64,000 nucleotides of DNA, from positions 950,419 through 1,014,418 of the forward strand of contig OY782666.1 of NCBI GenBank assembly GCA_963678035.1. Reading direction: 5' to 3'. Made by a program: the position numbers and the translations under genes. Positions 44,663 through 55,384 of the stretch are shown piece by piece (the first letter of the stretch is position 1; the number at the start of each line of letters is the position of its first letter). The notes beneath the pieces were generated by a model. That model searched no databases and was not told where the DNA came from. It worked only from the letters and a program-made list of their open reading frames with translations. Source of the DNA: Geopsychrobacteraceae bacterium. Its GTDB lineage: Bacteria; Desulfobacterota; Desulfuromonadia; Desulfuromonadales; Geopsychrobacteraceae.

Positions 44663-44924
44663 CTGTTTGTATGTGAATCCTTACACGGGATGATCCGCCA
44701 TTTTGACATGCCGGATGGGTGGAAAACCTTCTCAACTGCTCTGTCTCGTCTTCGATAGGCATCACTCCTTTCCTGTATATGTAAGTATATCGCTATCCGG
44801 GGCGGAACGGAAGCCGTGCCCTTGATTTTTGTGATATGGTAAGGCGACAGTTGGGAATTAGTCCGCTGCACGCTTAACAGACTTTCTGCTCTCATGCTTT
44901 GTGGTCAGGAAAAGGGTCGCTCGT

Positions 44925-45098
44925 ATGGAATACTTACTGATCTGGGTACTGTTCGCCTGTGCTGCATACGCTGTTGCCAGCAGCCGTGGTCGGAATAAAT
45001 TTCTCTGGTTTGCTATTGCCCTGTTTATTGGGCCATTTGCCGTTCTGATCGTTGCGTTGATCCCCCTCGGGAAAGACCCCGAGGAGGGCTATAAGTAG
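44925..45098 (+). CDS. Small two-TM membrane protein (57 aa)
   Basis: MEYLLIWVLFACAAYAVA...FLWFAIALFIGPFAVLIVALIPLG contains two hydrophobic helices. Only a modest SD. Confidence 0.45.
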   Translation: MEYLLIWVLFACAAYAVASSRGRNKFLWFAIALFIGPFAVLIVALIPLGKDPEEGYK

Positions 45099-45227
45099 GC
45101 TTTCTCAGTTTAATCAGCTCGGCGAGTGCTAAAAATGCTGTGAATTCTGCTACTATTTGATTATCAAGGATGCAAACATGAATTCTCTGGTTGAACAACA
45201 ATTTGTTTGATCTTAAGGAGCTTGCCC

Positions 45228-45728
45228 ATGCCAGACGACGATCAGGTAAAAAACGGGAAGAAAGATGTCAGCCTGTATGAAAAACTGGTTGCCAGGACCG
45301 AAAAACTGCTCGAAAGCGGCCGCAAAAACCTCGATGAAGCCCTAAAAAAGGCGGGGGACGAATTGGAAGCGGCCGGAGAGTTTACCCGTGAGCAGGCAGA
45401 CAAAATCTCGCAATTTGTGCGCCGAGATCTGGAACATACGGCCAAAGATGCCAATAAGGCGAAAGAGTCTCTCAAGGAAGCGGTCGATCCGAGCCGGATT
45501 GCCGCCGGAGCCCAAAGCATCTTTGCCAGAATACTGTCGGCTTCGGCAGACACGCTGAACGAGTGGGCTCAGAAATCCCAGCAGAATATCGAGTTCAAAA
45601 CCGGGGAAGTGACCAGTCCGGGGACCTTGACCTGTAAAAACTGCGGTGAGCAGATTCATATGAAAAAAACCGCGCGGATTCCGCCGTGCCCGAAGTGTTT
45701 TCACCCACACTTTCGTAAATCTTATTGA
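45228..45728 (+). CDS. Zinc-ribbon-containing coiled-coil protein (DUF1451-like)
   Basis: Good SD (aaggag). Helical N-terminal part and a C-terminal CKNCG...CPKC zinc ribbon. Confidence 0.7.
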   Translation: MPDDDQVKNGKKDVSLYEKLVARTEKLLESGRKNLDEALKKAGDELEAAGEFTREQADKISQFVRRDLEHTAKDANKAKESLKEAVDPSRIAAGAQSIFARILSASADTLNEWAQKSQQNIEFKTGEVTSPGTLTCKNCGEQIHMKKTARIPPCPKCFHPHFRKSY

Positions 45729-46143
45729 TATTGTCGGATCAAACCAAATACAAGGACACGATTCTGTCGCCGTGGGCAGTATGATTGAATAAATTGTGCG
45801 TTTTCAACCTCGGAATATCAATATTTTAAGAACCTGTCATCGGTTTCAGTCCTTCGGTTTTGAGATTAGCGGGCTGTCCTTGGCAGCCTGCTAATGGCAT
45901 TGAAAAATGCCTGTATAAAGTGCACAATACGCCTGCTACGAGCCAGCTATGATCCGGTTAACGTCGGTATCTTGGCGTATCCCGAGAAAGCCCACATAGG
46001 TTCTTCGGCGCTGTCCTGATTGGTGGCGTGGCTCGAGGGAAATTTCTTGATTTAGTTTTTTGAAACTTCTCTGCCTGGGGCTTGGTTATTTTCAATGATT
46101 AAAAATTCCAACTGAAGGCTTGAGGCTATTTTCCCCTTTCTAG

Positions 46144-47148
46144 ATGGGTTTTTCCAGGTTGTTAAATATGTCGTTAGTGGTTCCTGCTCTTGTTCTTCTT
46201 GCCGGACTGGTTATGCTGGTCTGGAGCGCCGATAAATTTGTCGAAGGTGCGGCGGCAACGGCACGTCATGCCGGGATGCCTTCACTGCTGATCGGGATGG
46301 TGGTCATCGGGTTTGGCACATCCGCTCCGGAAATGGTTGTTTCCGCCATTTCCGCCTCCCAAGGGAATCCAGGATTGGCTCTCGGGAATGCTTATGGCTC
46401 AAATATTTCCAACATTGCGTTGATTCTTGGTGTGACCGCGGTTATTAGTCCGATATCGATCAAATCAGGCATATTGCGCAAGGAGCTGCCCGTGTTGCTC
46501 CTGGTCACCTTGTTGGCTGCCGGGCAACTCTTTGACCTGTATCTAAGCCGCCTTGATGCCGTCGTTCTGCTGGTCGTGTTCTTCGCAATTATGGGCTGGT
46601 GGATCTGGCTGGGGCTTCATCAAAGACGGGACAGTCTGGAGGTTGATCTGGATGTTGAACTGGAAATGACCTTGATCCCCCTGAAAACGGCCCTGTTTTG
46701 GCTGTTCACGGGAATGATCCTGTTGATTCTCAGTTCCCGCGCCCTGGTCTGGGGAGCTGTCGAAATAGCTCGAGCCTTCGGCGTCAGCGATCTAATCATC
46801 GGCCTGACCATAGTGGCCATCGGAACCTCATTGCCTGAGCTCGCTTCCGCCATTGCCGCGACCCGCAAAGGCGAACACGACCTGGCTCTTGGTAATGTCC
46901 TTGGCTCCAACCTGTTCAACACTCTTGCCGTTGTCGGGATTGCCGGGCTTATTCACCCGCTGACTGTCGGACCTGAAATCCTCTATCGGGACTGTTCGGT
47001 CATGGGTGGATTGACCCTTGCTTTGTTTTTTGTCGGGAGCGGTCGCAAAGGGCAGCGACGAATCACCCGCCCCATGGGGGCTCTGCTGATCCTGGTTTAT
47101 CTCTGCTATTCCGGATACCTGTTGGGCAAAGTTATCGGTATCGTTTAG
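46144..47148 (+). CDS. yrbG: Ca2+/Na+ antiporter, CaCA family (YrbG-like)
   Basis: Two alpha-repeat signatures, GFGTSAPE and AIGTSLPE, within a 10-TM layout. Confidence 0.85.
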   Translation: MGFSRLLNMSLVVPALVLLAGLVMLVWSADKFVEGAAATARHAGMPSLLIGMVVIGFGTSAPEMVVSAISASQGNPGLALGNAYGSNISNIALILGVTAVISPISIKSGILRKELPVLLLVTLLAAGQLFDLYLSRLDAVVLLVVFFAIMGWWIWLGLHQRRDSLEVDLDVELEMTLIPLKTALFWLFTGMILLILSSRALVWGAVEIARAFGVSDLIIGLTIVAIGTSLPELASAIAATRKGEHDLALGNVLGSNLFNTLAVVGIAGLIHPLTVGPEILYRDCSVMGGLTLALFFVGSGRKGQRRITRPMGALLILVYLCYSGYLLGKVIGIV

Positions 47149-47300
47149 CCCAGGCTTGACCACCGATCTTTTTGGCATGACTATTACCTTCACTTTTTGT
47201 AAGTGCCGCCCTGATTCACAGCCTGCTTGCACAGCTGAAGCCAGCCTATTAGCTATCTCAGTGCAAATCACTTTCAGAATATAATTAATGCTTCTATCCA

Positions 47301-47407
47301 GAAATGGCACTAGTTTAAGCAACTTTGCAGTAAACTCGGGACTGTCCCCAGGGTCATCGGGGGCTGTCCCGGTTTCGCTGCCAGCGTCTCTTAAACGAGC
47401 ATCATTC
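47301..47407 (-). mobile_element. MITE-like palindromic element, copy C (shorter and diverged, inverted relative to copy A)
   Basis: gaaatggcactagtttaag ... cttaaacgagcatcattc are imperfect TIRs. The interior caactttgcagtaaactcgggactgtcccc...gggggctgtcccggtttcgctgcca matches the reverse complement of copy A, minus a segment of about 50 nt. Confidence 0.5.
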
Positions 47408-47473
47408 CCACTACCCCGTGGTTTTTCTTAGGTCTGAATCGATTCGACACGACCTGATCGATGGAGTTGACTT

Positions 47474-47498
47474 TCTTTTTCAAAAAGAATAATATTCT
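47474..47498. promoter_or_regulatory. Two overlapping AT-rich palindromes upstream of the Lrp/AsnC gene (possible autoregulatory site)
   Basis: TCTTTTT-C-AAAAAGA (47474-47488) and AGAATA-A-TATTCT (47486-47498), ending about 20 nt before the lrp ATG. Confidence 0.3.
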
Positions 47499-47519
47499 AT
47501 GGAAATGGAGAATTAGAGA

Positions 47520-47984
47520 ATGATCGACGAAATTGACCATAAAATACTGGCGATCCTTCAGGAGAAGGCCCGCATCCCGAACGCCGAAGTTGCCCGTCAG
47601 GTCAATATGGCACCTTCCGCCGTGTTGGAAAGAATTCGTAAACTGGAAGAGCGGGGAATCATTGAAGGGTATGAGGTTCGTCTTAATCCGAACGCTTTCA
47701 ACCAGGGGCTGACCGCCTTTGTTCAGGTCTATTCGATCTCTTTGGATCGTGCTAGCCTGGAGGGGCGATTAGCACAGGTGACCGGGGTACAAGACGTGCA
47801 TCAGGTGGCAGGGGAAGATGGCCACCTGCTTAAGCTCCGGGTCGCGGACAATGCTGAACTTGGCAGAATTCTGGCCGAAGAGATCGGGACCATTCCAGGG
47901 GTTCAGCAAACCAAAACCAGTATCGTTTTAAATACCATCAAAGAAACCAGAAAAATTGACCTAACCCGGCTAGTACAGGAATAA
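47520..47984 (+). CDS. lrp: Lrp/AsnC-family transcriptional regulator
   Basis: IDHKILAILQEKARIPNAEVARQVNMAPSAVLERIRKLEERGII HTH, followed by a RAM/ACT-like domain. Confidence 0.9.
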   Translation: MIDEIDHKILAILQEKARIPNAEVARQVNMAPSAVLERIRKLEERGIIEGYEVRLNPNAFNQGLTAFVQVYSISLDRASLEGRLAQVTGVQDVHQVAGEDGHLLKLRVADNAELGRILAEEIGTIPGVQQTKTSIVLNTIKETRKIDLTRLVQE

Positions 47985-47997
47985 AAGGAGTCTGTTC

Positions 47998-49266
47998 ATG
48001 CCCATGTCACAAAGTTTTAAAGAGCGTTTGTTTCCCATTGCCCAGCAGTTGGTTGATCATTACGGCACGCCTTTCCACATTTATGATGAAGTCGGTATCC
48101 GCGAGACCGGTGAAGCGCTGAAAAAAGCATTCGCAGGGATTGACGGTTTTCGTGAATACTATGCGGTCAAGGCCTTGCCGAACCCCCGTATTCTCGAACT
48201 GATGCACGACATGGGTTTTGGGTTTGACTGCAGCTCTATCGCCGAACTGGTGCTGAGCCGGCAGGTTGGCGCACGCGCTGAAGACCTCATGTTCACCTCA
48301 AACAATACCACTGCAGCCGAGTTTGCCGCAGCCGCAGCTGACGGGGGGAGCATCCTGAATCTGGACGATATGTCCCTGATTGAAAAAGTTCCCGAATTCC
48401 CTGAACTGGTCTGTTTCCGCTACAATCCTGGTCCGCGCCGGACCGGTAATGTGATTATCGGCAATCCGGTCGAGGCGAAATACGGGGTCAGCCATGAGCA
48501 GGTCGTCGAGGCCTATCGACTGGCCAGGGCCAGAGGCGCCAAGCGCTTCGGACTGCACACCATGGTCGCCTCCAACGAACTGGATTATACCTATATGGTT
48601 GAAACGGCCCGGATGGTTCTGGATATTGTCGAGACAGTATCCGCCGAGTTGGATATCCGCTTTGAATTCGTTAACATCGGTGGTGGGTTCGGAATTCCTT
48701 ACCGGCCCGAGCAGGAGGCCCTGAATATCTCTGCTCTGGCCACCGAGGTTACCGGGTTATTCAATGCGTTTAAGGAACAACACGGCTATGCGCCGCGCAT
48801 GTATATGGAGAGCGGTCGGTTCATGACCGGACCACATGGCTGCCTGGTGACCACGGCCATCAATCATAAACAGATTTATCGCAACTATATCGGCCTTGAT
48901 GCCTGCATGTCCTCGTTGATGCGTCCGGCCCTTTATGAAGCCTATCACCACATTGACATCGTTGGCAAAGAGGCTGCGCCAAAGGATCATGTTTATGATC
49001 TGGTCGGTTCTCTGTGCGAAAATAATGACAAGTTTGCCGTCCAGCGGGAACTTCCGAAAATTGTTGATGGTGATATCGTGGTGATCCATGATACCGGCGC
49101 TCACGGACATGCCATGGGGTTCCAATACAATGCACGCCTGCGGCCGAAAGAACTGCTCCTGCGTGCTGACGGCAGTGTTGAATTGATTCGGCGGGAAGAG
49201 ACTTTAGAGGATTATTTCGCTACCTTGAATTTCGGTGCCGACAGTTTCAAGCCGACCACGAACTGA
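47998..49266 (+). CDS. lysA: PLP-dependent Orn/DAP/Arg decarboxylase family 2 enzyme, diaminopimelate-decarboxylase-like
   Basis: YGTPFHIYDE, YAVKALPNP (PLP-lysine context), NIGGGFG, ESGRF, CENNDKF. Confidence 0.7.
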   Translation: MPMSQSFKERLFPIAQQLVDHYGTPFHIYDEVGIRETGEALKKAFAGIDGFREYYAVKALPNPRILELMHDMGFGFDCSSIAELVLSRQVGARAEDLMFTSNNTTAAEFAAAAADGGSILNLDDMSLIEKVPEFPELVCFRYNPGPRRTGNVIIGNPVEAKYGVSHEQVVEAYRLARARGAKRFGLHTMVASNELDYTYMVETARMVLDIVETVSAELDIRFEFVNIGGGFGIPYRPEQEALNISALATEVTGLFNAFKEQHGYAPRMYMESGRFMTGPHGCLVTTAINHKQIYRNYIGLDACMSSLMRPALYEAYHHIDIVGKEAAPKDHVYDLVGSLCENNDKFAVQRELPKIVDGDIVVIHDTGAHGHAMGFQYNARLRPKELLLRADGSVELIRREETLEDYFATLNFGADSFKPTTN

Positions 49267-49274
49267 CAACGACC

Positions 49275-50591
49275 GTGTCCAGATCTGCAATAAGCACTCA
49301 TCAGGAAATCCTGAAGCCGTTGACCGTTGAAGCATTGGTCAACGGCGGGGCAGGGCTGGTTCGCCATGAGGGGCAGGTTGTCTTTGTCCCGCATACCGCT
49401 GTCGGCGATGTCATTACCTGTGCGATCAGCAGTCGGAAAAAGACCTATGCTGAGGCTCGGCTGGTCGATCTGATCAAACCGGGCCCAGGGCGCTGTCAAC
49501 CTATTTGCCCGGTCGCCGGAAAGTGTGGCGGCTGTCAGTGGCAGCATCTTGCCTATCCAGAACAGGCTTTTTGGAAAGATTATCTGTTTCGGCAGACCCT
49601 TATCCGCCGTTGTGGCATTAGTGAAGAGCGGATTCTGCCATTGCTGAAGGCTCCGGAACCATTTGGCTACCGCAGCCGCGTACAGATCAAATGTCATAAT
49701 ACCGGGGCCGGCTTCATCTCCGGATTTTACCGTCCAAAAAGTCGCTATGTGGTTGGCATTGAGCGCTGTCCGCTGATTCCTGATAAGCTGAACGGATTAC
49801 TGGCTGAATTACGTCTCCTTATCGATGGTTCGTTTTTTGCGGGGGAGATTCCCCAGATCGATCTGGGCATTGACGACCACAAGAAGTGCACTGCGGTGAT
49901 CCACTACGTTGGCCGACAAAGCTCGGCACTGGCAGCCCGGCTTGAGGCATTGCAGGGGCTGGCGGATATCTTCCTGCAGCAGGGCACCAAGAAAAAGATG
50001 CAGCAGGTCTGTGGCGACGGCCGACTGGGTATTGTCGTCGACGAACCTCCATTGGAATTGAAGTATCTGGTTGGCGGCTTTGCCCAAATCAATCTAGCCC
50101 AGAATCGGCTGATGGTGGCGAAGGTTCTCGATTTGCTGGACTGGTCTAAAAATGACCGGGTTGTTGATCTTTATTGCGGGATGGGCAATTTTTCTCTGCC
50201 GCTGGCCCGACGGGTTGATCAGGTGTTAGGCATTGAAGAGTCGCCTTTGTCGATTGCGATGGCAAAACAGAATGCTGTCGATAACGGGCTTTTGAATGCC
50301 CATTTTCAGTGCCATTCGGTCGAACGGGACCTGGACGGATTGCTTGGGTCGTCTCCGGTCGATATTCTGGTTCTTGATCCGCCCCGAAGCGGTGCATACG
50401 AGGTGATGAAACAGATTGCCGAGAAAATGGTCAGCCATGTTATATATATATCCTGCGACCCGCAAACTTTGGCTCGCGATCTGGGCCGGCTCATCCATTG
50501 TGGGTACGAGGTGGTTTCAAGTCAGCCATTGGATATGTTTCCACAGACATATCATTGTGAAAGTGTCACTTATCTAAGAAGGCTGCCCTAA
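49275..50591 (+). CDS. rlmD: TRAM-domain, [4Fe-4S]-binding RNA (uracil-5-)-methyltransferase, RlmD/RumA family
   Basis: N-terminal TRAM-like region, cysteine cluster CPVAGKCGGCQWQHL, SAM motif DLYCGMGNFSLPLA, and C-terminal ISCDPQTLARD. Confidence 0.8.
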   Translation: MSRSAISTHQEILKPLTVEALVNGGAGLVRHEGQVVFVPHTAVGDVITCAISSRKKTYAEARLVDLIKPGPGRCQPICPVAGKCGGCQWQHLAYPEQAFWKDYLFRQTLIRRCGISEERILPLLKAPEPFGYRSRVQIKCHNTGAGFISGFYRPKSRYVVGIERCPLIPDKLNGLLAELRLLIDGSFFAGEIPQIDLGIDDHKKCTAVIHYVGRQSSALAARLEALQGLADIFLQQGTKKKMQQVCGDGRLGIVVDEPPLELKYLVGGFAQINLAQNRLMVAKVLDLLDWSKNDRVVDLYCGMGNFSLPLARRVDQVLGIEESPLSIAMAKQNAVDNGLLNAHFQCHSVERDLDGLLGSSPVDILVLDPPRSGAYEVMKQIAEKMVSHVIYISCDPQTLARDLGRLIHCGYEVVSSQPLDMFPQTYHCESVTYLRRLP

Positions 50592-50745
50592 GCGTCTGCC
50601 TTAATCTTGTGCAGCCAATGACTGCTTTGGTTATTTATTGGGCAGACTTTGCAACGGATCCGGAACCCACCATGTGTTATTATTTTTGAGGTGGCTATCT
50701 GTTTGAAATTTTAACAATTTATTTTATTGTCGGATAGATAATTGC

Positions 50746-50761
50746 TGGCAGGATCTTTGCT
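50746..50761 (+). promoter_or_regulatory. Sigma-54 (-24/-12) promoter upstream of glnB-glnA
   Basis: TGGCAggatctTTGCt with the exact GG-N10-GC spacing, about 70 nt upstream of the glnB ATG. AT-rich (IHF-like) tract immediately upstream. Confidence 0.55.
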
Positions 50762-50797
50762 TGTATCCTGTCCAGTTTAAACGTCAGATTTTTTTGA

Positions 50798-51169
<372 letters not shown>

Positions 51170-51245
51170 TTCTAAATTGTTCTTTATTTAGAATTGAATA
51201 GGTGGTCTTTCAGAGGAAATCATCAATCAAAAGGAGAAATCAACG

Positions 51246-52655
51246 ATGACCCCAAGTGAAGTAGTTAAGTTTGCAGAAGAAAATGATGTGCAGTTTGTTG
51301 ATTACAAGTTTCTCGACTTCGTCGGTATCTGGCAGCATTTTACCACTCCGATTTGTGAGTTCAGCGAAGAAACCTTCGAAGAAGGCATCGGTTTTGATGG
51401 TTCCTCGATCCGTGGTTGGCAGCCGATTCACAATTCCGATATGCTGATCATGCCCGACCCGAAAACTGCCAAAATCGACCCCTTCGTGGAAATGACCACC
51501 CTGAGCCTGATCTGCAACATCATTGATCCGATTACCCGTGAAGGTTATTCTCGCGATCCACGCTACATCGCTCAGAAAGCAGAAGCTTATCTTAAATCGA
51601 CCGGCCTTGCCGACACCGCTTATTTCGGTCCGGAACCGGAATGCTTTGTTTTTGACGATGTTCGCTATGCTTCCAGCTCCAACGAATCTTTCTACAGCGT
51701 TGATTCCGTCGAAGGGATCTGGAACACCGGCCGCGAAGAGTTCCCCAACCTCGGCTACAAGCCGCGCCACAAAGAAGGCTACTTCCCCTGCGCACCGACC
51801 GACAGCATGATCGATCTGCGGAATGAAATGGTTGCTGTCCTGCAGCAAGTCGGTCTGCACATTGAATGTGCTCACCACGAAGTTGCCACCGGCGGCCAGA
51901 TTGAAATCGATATGCGCTTTGACTCCCTGCTCAGCATGGGCGATAACCTGCAATGGTTCAAATACGTCATCAAAAACGTTGCTGTCCGTAACGGTAAAAC
52001 CGTCACCTTTATGCCGAAGCCGATCTACAATGATAACGGGTCCGGTATGCACTGTCACCAGTCCCTGTGGAAAGACGGCAAAAACCTGTTTGCCGGCGAC
52101 GGCTACGGCGGCCTTTCCAAAATGGCTATGTACTATATCGGCGGCATTATGAAACATGCCAAGGCACTGTGTGCTTTCACCAATCCCAGCACCAACTCTT
52201 ACAAACGTCTGGTGCCCGGTTTCGAAGCTCCTGTCAATCTGGCTTACTCCAACCGGAACCGTTCAGCTTCGTTGCGTATTCCGGTCACCAACAACGAAAA
52301 AGCCAAGCGGGTCGAGTATCGGACTCCCGATGCTGCTGCCAACGGTTACCTCGCTTTTGCCGCGATGGTCATGGCTGGTCTGGACGGCATCGAAAACAAA
52401 ATCGATCCAGGTCAACCGCTGGACAAAGACATCTACGGTTTGTCTCCTGAAGAACTTAAAGACATCCCAAGTGTTGCCACTTCACTTGAAGATGCTCTTG
52501 ATAACCTCAAAGAAGATCATGAGTTCCTGCTCAAAGGTGATGTCTTCACTGAGGATGTCATTGACATGTGGATCAGCTACAAAACTGCCGCTGAAGTTGA
52601 CGCTGTTCGTATGCGTCCCTGCCCGGAAGAATTCGCTCTCTACTTCGATTGCTAA
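51246..52655 (+). CDS. glnA: Glutamine synthetase, type I
   Basis: [80 protein letters not shown]. Confidence 0.95.
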   Translation: MTPSEVVKFAEENDVQFVDYKFLDFVGIWQHFTTPICEFSEETFEEGIGFDGSSIRGWQPIHNSDMLIMPDPKTAKIDPFVEMTTLSLICNIIDPITREGYSRDPRYIAQKAEAYLKSTGLADTAYFGPEPECFVFDDVRYASSSNESFYSVDSVEGIWNTGREEFPNLGYKPRHKEGYFPCAPTDSMIDLRNEMVAVLQQVGLHIECAHHEVATGGQIEIDMRFDSLLSMGDNLQWFKYVIKNVAVRNGKTVTFMPKPIYNDNGSGMHCHQSLWKDGKNLFAGDGYGGLSKMAMYYIGGIMKHAKALCAFTNPSTNSYKRLVPGFEAPVNLAYSNRNRSASLRIPVTNNEKAKRVEYRTPDAAANGYLAFAAMVMAGLDGIENKIDPGQPLDKDIYGLSPEELKDIPSVATSLEDALDNLKEDHEFLLKGDVFTEDVIDMWISYKTAAEVDAVRMRPCPEEFALYFDC

Positions 52656-52678
52656 TTCTTGTTTCGCACAGCAAAAAA

Positions 52679-52708
52679 GCCCCCGGACTTGTCCGGGGGC
52701 TTTTTTTA
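52679..52708. terminator. Strong bidirectional rho-independent terminator between glnA (+) and mscS (-)
   Basis: aaaaaa-gcccccgga-cttg-tccgggggc-ttttttt. Confidence 0.8.
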
Positions 52709-52766
52709 TTTAAAGAGCGGTGCCTGGATTTGTTGGTTTTGAATCCTGGTGCCGATAGGGCCAAGC

Positions 52767-53588
52767 TCAGGCGACAGCATCCTCTTTGACAATATGGATA
52801 TCGCGCTGCGGGAAGGGGATGGAAATCCCTTCTGCATCGAAGCGCAGTTTGACATTTTCATGGAAGTCGAACAGGACCGGCCAGTAATCGCCACTCTTAA
52901 CCCACGGACGAACGGCAAAATTAATGCTGCTGTCACCCAATTCCAGAACCCCGATGGTGGGGGCAGGGTCAGTCAGAATTCGTGAATCCTGATTCAGCAG
53001 ATCCTCGATAACAGAACGCACTTTTTTTAGATCATCGCTGTAGCCGACCCCGACGACCATATCCACCCGCCGGGTTTCCTTGGCGGAGTAGTTGGTAATG
53101 GTCGTGCCGATAATTTGCCCATTGGGAACAGTGATCTCCTTGTTGTCCGGAGAACGCATCCTGGTACTGAAAATCTGAATTTCTTCAATAATTCCAGAAA
53201 CTCCTCCCGCTTCGACAAAATCGCCGACCTTGAAAGGCCGAAACAGGATCAGCATCACCCCGGAAGAGAAGTTGCCCAGAGTCCCCTGTAGGGATAAGCC
53301 GATAGCAAGGCCGGCGGCAGCAATGATTGCCGCAAATGAAGTGGTCTGAATGCCCAGTTTGCCAAGGGCCGCCAAGGCGACAAAGGTCATCAGAGCGATA
53401 TAGATCAGACTTCTGGCAAATTTGATAAGGGTTTCATCGACCCGGCTTTTGTGCATCATTTTTGCCACGCCGTTCGCAAGCGCACCGGAGACGATGCGCC
53501 CAATAACAAAAATGATAATCGCCCAGATCAAAGGTAGACCATAGGTTTGAACTAACTCAATGGCTTTATCCGCTGAAATGGCATCCAT
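52767..53588 (-). CDS. mscS: Small-conductance mechanosensitive channel (MscS family)
   Basis: Three N-terminal TMs with a Gly/Ala-rich TM3 (AAGLAIGLSLQGTLGNFSSGVMLILFRPFKVGDFV), then a beta-domain. Confidence 0.85.
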   Translation of the reverse strand: MDAISADKAIELVQTYGLPLIWAIIIFVIGRIVSGALANGVAKMMHKSRVDETLIKFARSLIYIALMTFVALAALGKLGIQTTSFAAIIAAAGLAIGLSLQGTLGNFSSGVMLILFRPFKVGDFVEAGGVSGIIEEIQIFSTRMRSPDNKEITVPNGQIIGTTITNYSAKETRRVDMVVGVGYSDDLKKVRSVIEDLLNQDSRILTDPAPTIGVLELGDSSINFAVRPWVKSGDYWPVLFDFHENVKLRFDAEGISIPFPQRDIHIVKEDAVA

Positions 53589-53642
53589 TCCGACCTCCTC
53601 GGCTCATTCTTTAACAGGTTGTTTTGCAGATGACTACTGAGG

Positions 53643-53672
53643 GTTGTTATCCGGCTGGCGCCGGATAACAAC
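53643..53672. terminator. Perfect 12-bp stem-loop between thrC and mscS
   Basis: gttgttatccgg-ctggcg-ccggataacaac. No clear U-tract on the minus (transcribed) strand. Confidence 0.4.
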
Positions 53673-53729
53673 TTTAATGAGAAAATTTAGCATGAGTCGG
53701 CAGGTTTGCAAGTAGCAAGAAGGTGATTC

Positions 53730-55118
53730 TTAACCGGCTTTTTGAGAAATATAGTTTTTAATAACTTCAACTTTGGCGTCAAGAACTTCGACCCTGCGTT
53801 CACGACGCTCCAGGTCGGCAAAAGCCTCCGGCAGCGCCGGGGTCTCACCGGTTGCCTGTTCGACGGTGTCGCCGAATTTTGCCGGGTGGGCCGTGGCAAG
53901 GCAGAGCAGGGGAGAATCGGGGCTGCGGAGCTGGCGGCCGACCGCAACGCCCACGGCAGTGTGAGGATCAAGGGTATAGCCGGTTTTTGCCTTAAACTCA
54001 CGGATCGTTGCAACGGTCTCCTCGTCATTTATGGAAGCTGCGGCGAAGATTTCAGTCACCTGCTTTCGTTGCTCTTCATTAACGGAAATCGCGCCTGTTT
54101 CCTTGAACCGATCCATGGCTGCGCAGACCTTATCAGCTTGGCCGTCATAAAGATAAAACAGGTAACGTTCAAAGTTGCTGGCCACCTGAATGTCCATTGA
54201 CGGGGACAGCGAATGGTGAACGGTGGCCTTGGAATAATCGCCGTCGTTGATAAAACGACTGAGGATATTGTTCGAATTGGTGGCCAGGATCAGGCGCTTG
54301 ATCGGCACACCCATGGCCTTGGCTACATATCCGGCGAAAATATCTCCGAAGTTCCCGGTCGGCACGGCGACATCCATCTCCGTGGCAGAGGTTTTGGCCT
54401 GGACCTGGAACCAAGCATAAAAATAGTAAACCACCTGCGCCAAAACCCGGGCCCAGTTAATGGAGTTAACCGCTCCCAGGGCAAAGTTCTGTTTAAATTC
54501 AAGGTCGCCGAAAATATCTTTGACGATAGCCTGGGCATCGTCAAAGGTGCCCGTTACGGCGATGTTGAAAACATTCTTATCCAGCACCGTGGTCATCTGC
54601 ATCTCCTGAACCGGAGAAACCTTGCCCTGTGGGTGGAGGATGAAGATATTGATCTTATCCTTGCCGCGGACACCGTAAATTGCAGCGCTGCCGGTATCTC
54701 CACTGGTGGCGCCGATTATGTTCATATGGCGGCCCTGCTTGGCGAGGACATATTCAAAAAGGTTGCCGAGGAACTGGAGGGCGACATCTTTGAACGCCAG
54801 GGTCGGGCCATGGAACAATTCAAGAATGAACAGATCATCCTGATGCACAACCGGGGTAACGTCTGGATGGTTGAAACTGGCATATGACCGCTCAATGATC
54901 TTTCGCAAGTCCACCGCGGGGATGTCGGTAGCAAATCTTGAAATGATATTGAAAGCAAGTTCCGGGTAGGGGAGCTTGGCGAGTTGCTGCAGTTCATCCT
55001 TGCTCAGGGTCGGGATCTGTTCGGGGAGAAGTAGGCCGCCGTCATCTGCCAGGCCCATCATAATCGCTTCAGTGAAACTTAAACCGCTCACTTTTCCACG
55101 TGTGCTGCAATATTTCAT
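53730..55118 (-). CDS. thrC: Threonine synthase
   Basis: MKYCSTRG...GLADDGGLLLPE, HGPTLAFKD (PLP lysine), GATSGDTGSAA. Confidence 0.92.
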   Translation of the reverse strand: MKYCSTRGKVSGLSFTEAIMMGLADDGGLLLPEQIPTLSKDELQQLAKLPYPELAFNIISRFATDIPAVDLRKIIERSYASFNHPDVTPVVHQDDLFILELFHGPTLAFKDVALQFLGNLFEYVLAKQGRHMNIIGATSGDTGSAAIYGVRGKDKINIFILHPQGKVSPVQEMQMTTVLDKNVFNIAVTGTFDDAQAIVKDIFGDLEFKQNFALGAVNSINWARVLAQVVYYFYAWFQVQAKTSATEMDVAVPTGNFGDIFAGYVAKAMGVPIKRLILATNSNNILSRFINDGDYSKATVHHSLSPSMDIQVASNFERYLFYLYDGQADKVCAAMDRFKETGAISVNEEQRKQVTEIFAAASINDEETVATIREFKAKTGYTLDPHTAVGVAVGRQLRSPDSPLLCLATAHPAKFGDTVEQATGETPALPEAFADLERRERRVEVLDAKVEVIKNYISQKAG

Positions 55119-55310
55119 GGAGGGACTCTTTCTGTTTCAGTTGGAAATTTAAATGCTCGGGTCTTTTTTTCAGGATGAAGCACCCGGTCTGCCTGGTTCC
55201 CTGGGCACATTGTTCGGGCATTGCTGCATTCATCCGGCTGTTGCAGTGGCATCCTAGCAGGAAACCGCCAGGAAGAAAAGTTGCTATTGAAAACAACCGG
55301 TTGAATAAGA

Positions 55311-55339
55311 ACGGGAGCTTCCCATAGAAAAGCTCCCGT
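55311..55339 (-). terminator. Rho-independent terminator after maeB
   Basis: On the minus strand: acgggagctt-ttctatggg-aagctcccgt followed by tcttattc. Confidence 0.6.
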
Positions 55340-55384
55340 CTGTTACCTATTTATTCTGTCCCTGCTTTTTAGCGGATTGGGGGA

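Noticed and set aside
44484-44895. Minus-strand ORFs of 93 and 91 aa in the cobB-downstream gap.
   Set aside because: Both read through the GC hairpin at 44631-44662. They overlap each other in different frames and have atypical composition, so I treat the region as non-coding or an sRNA candidate.
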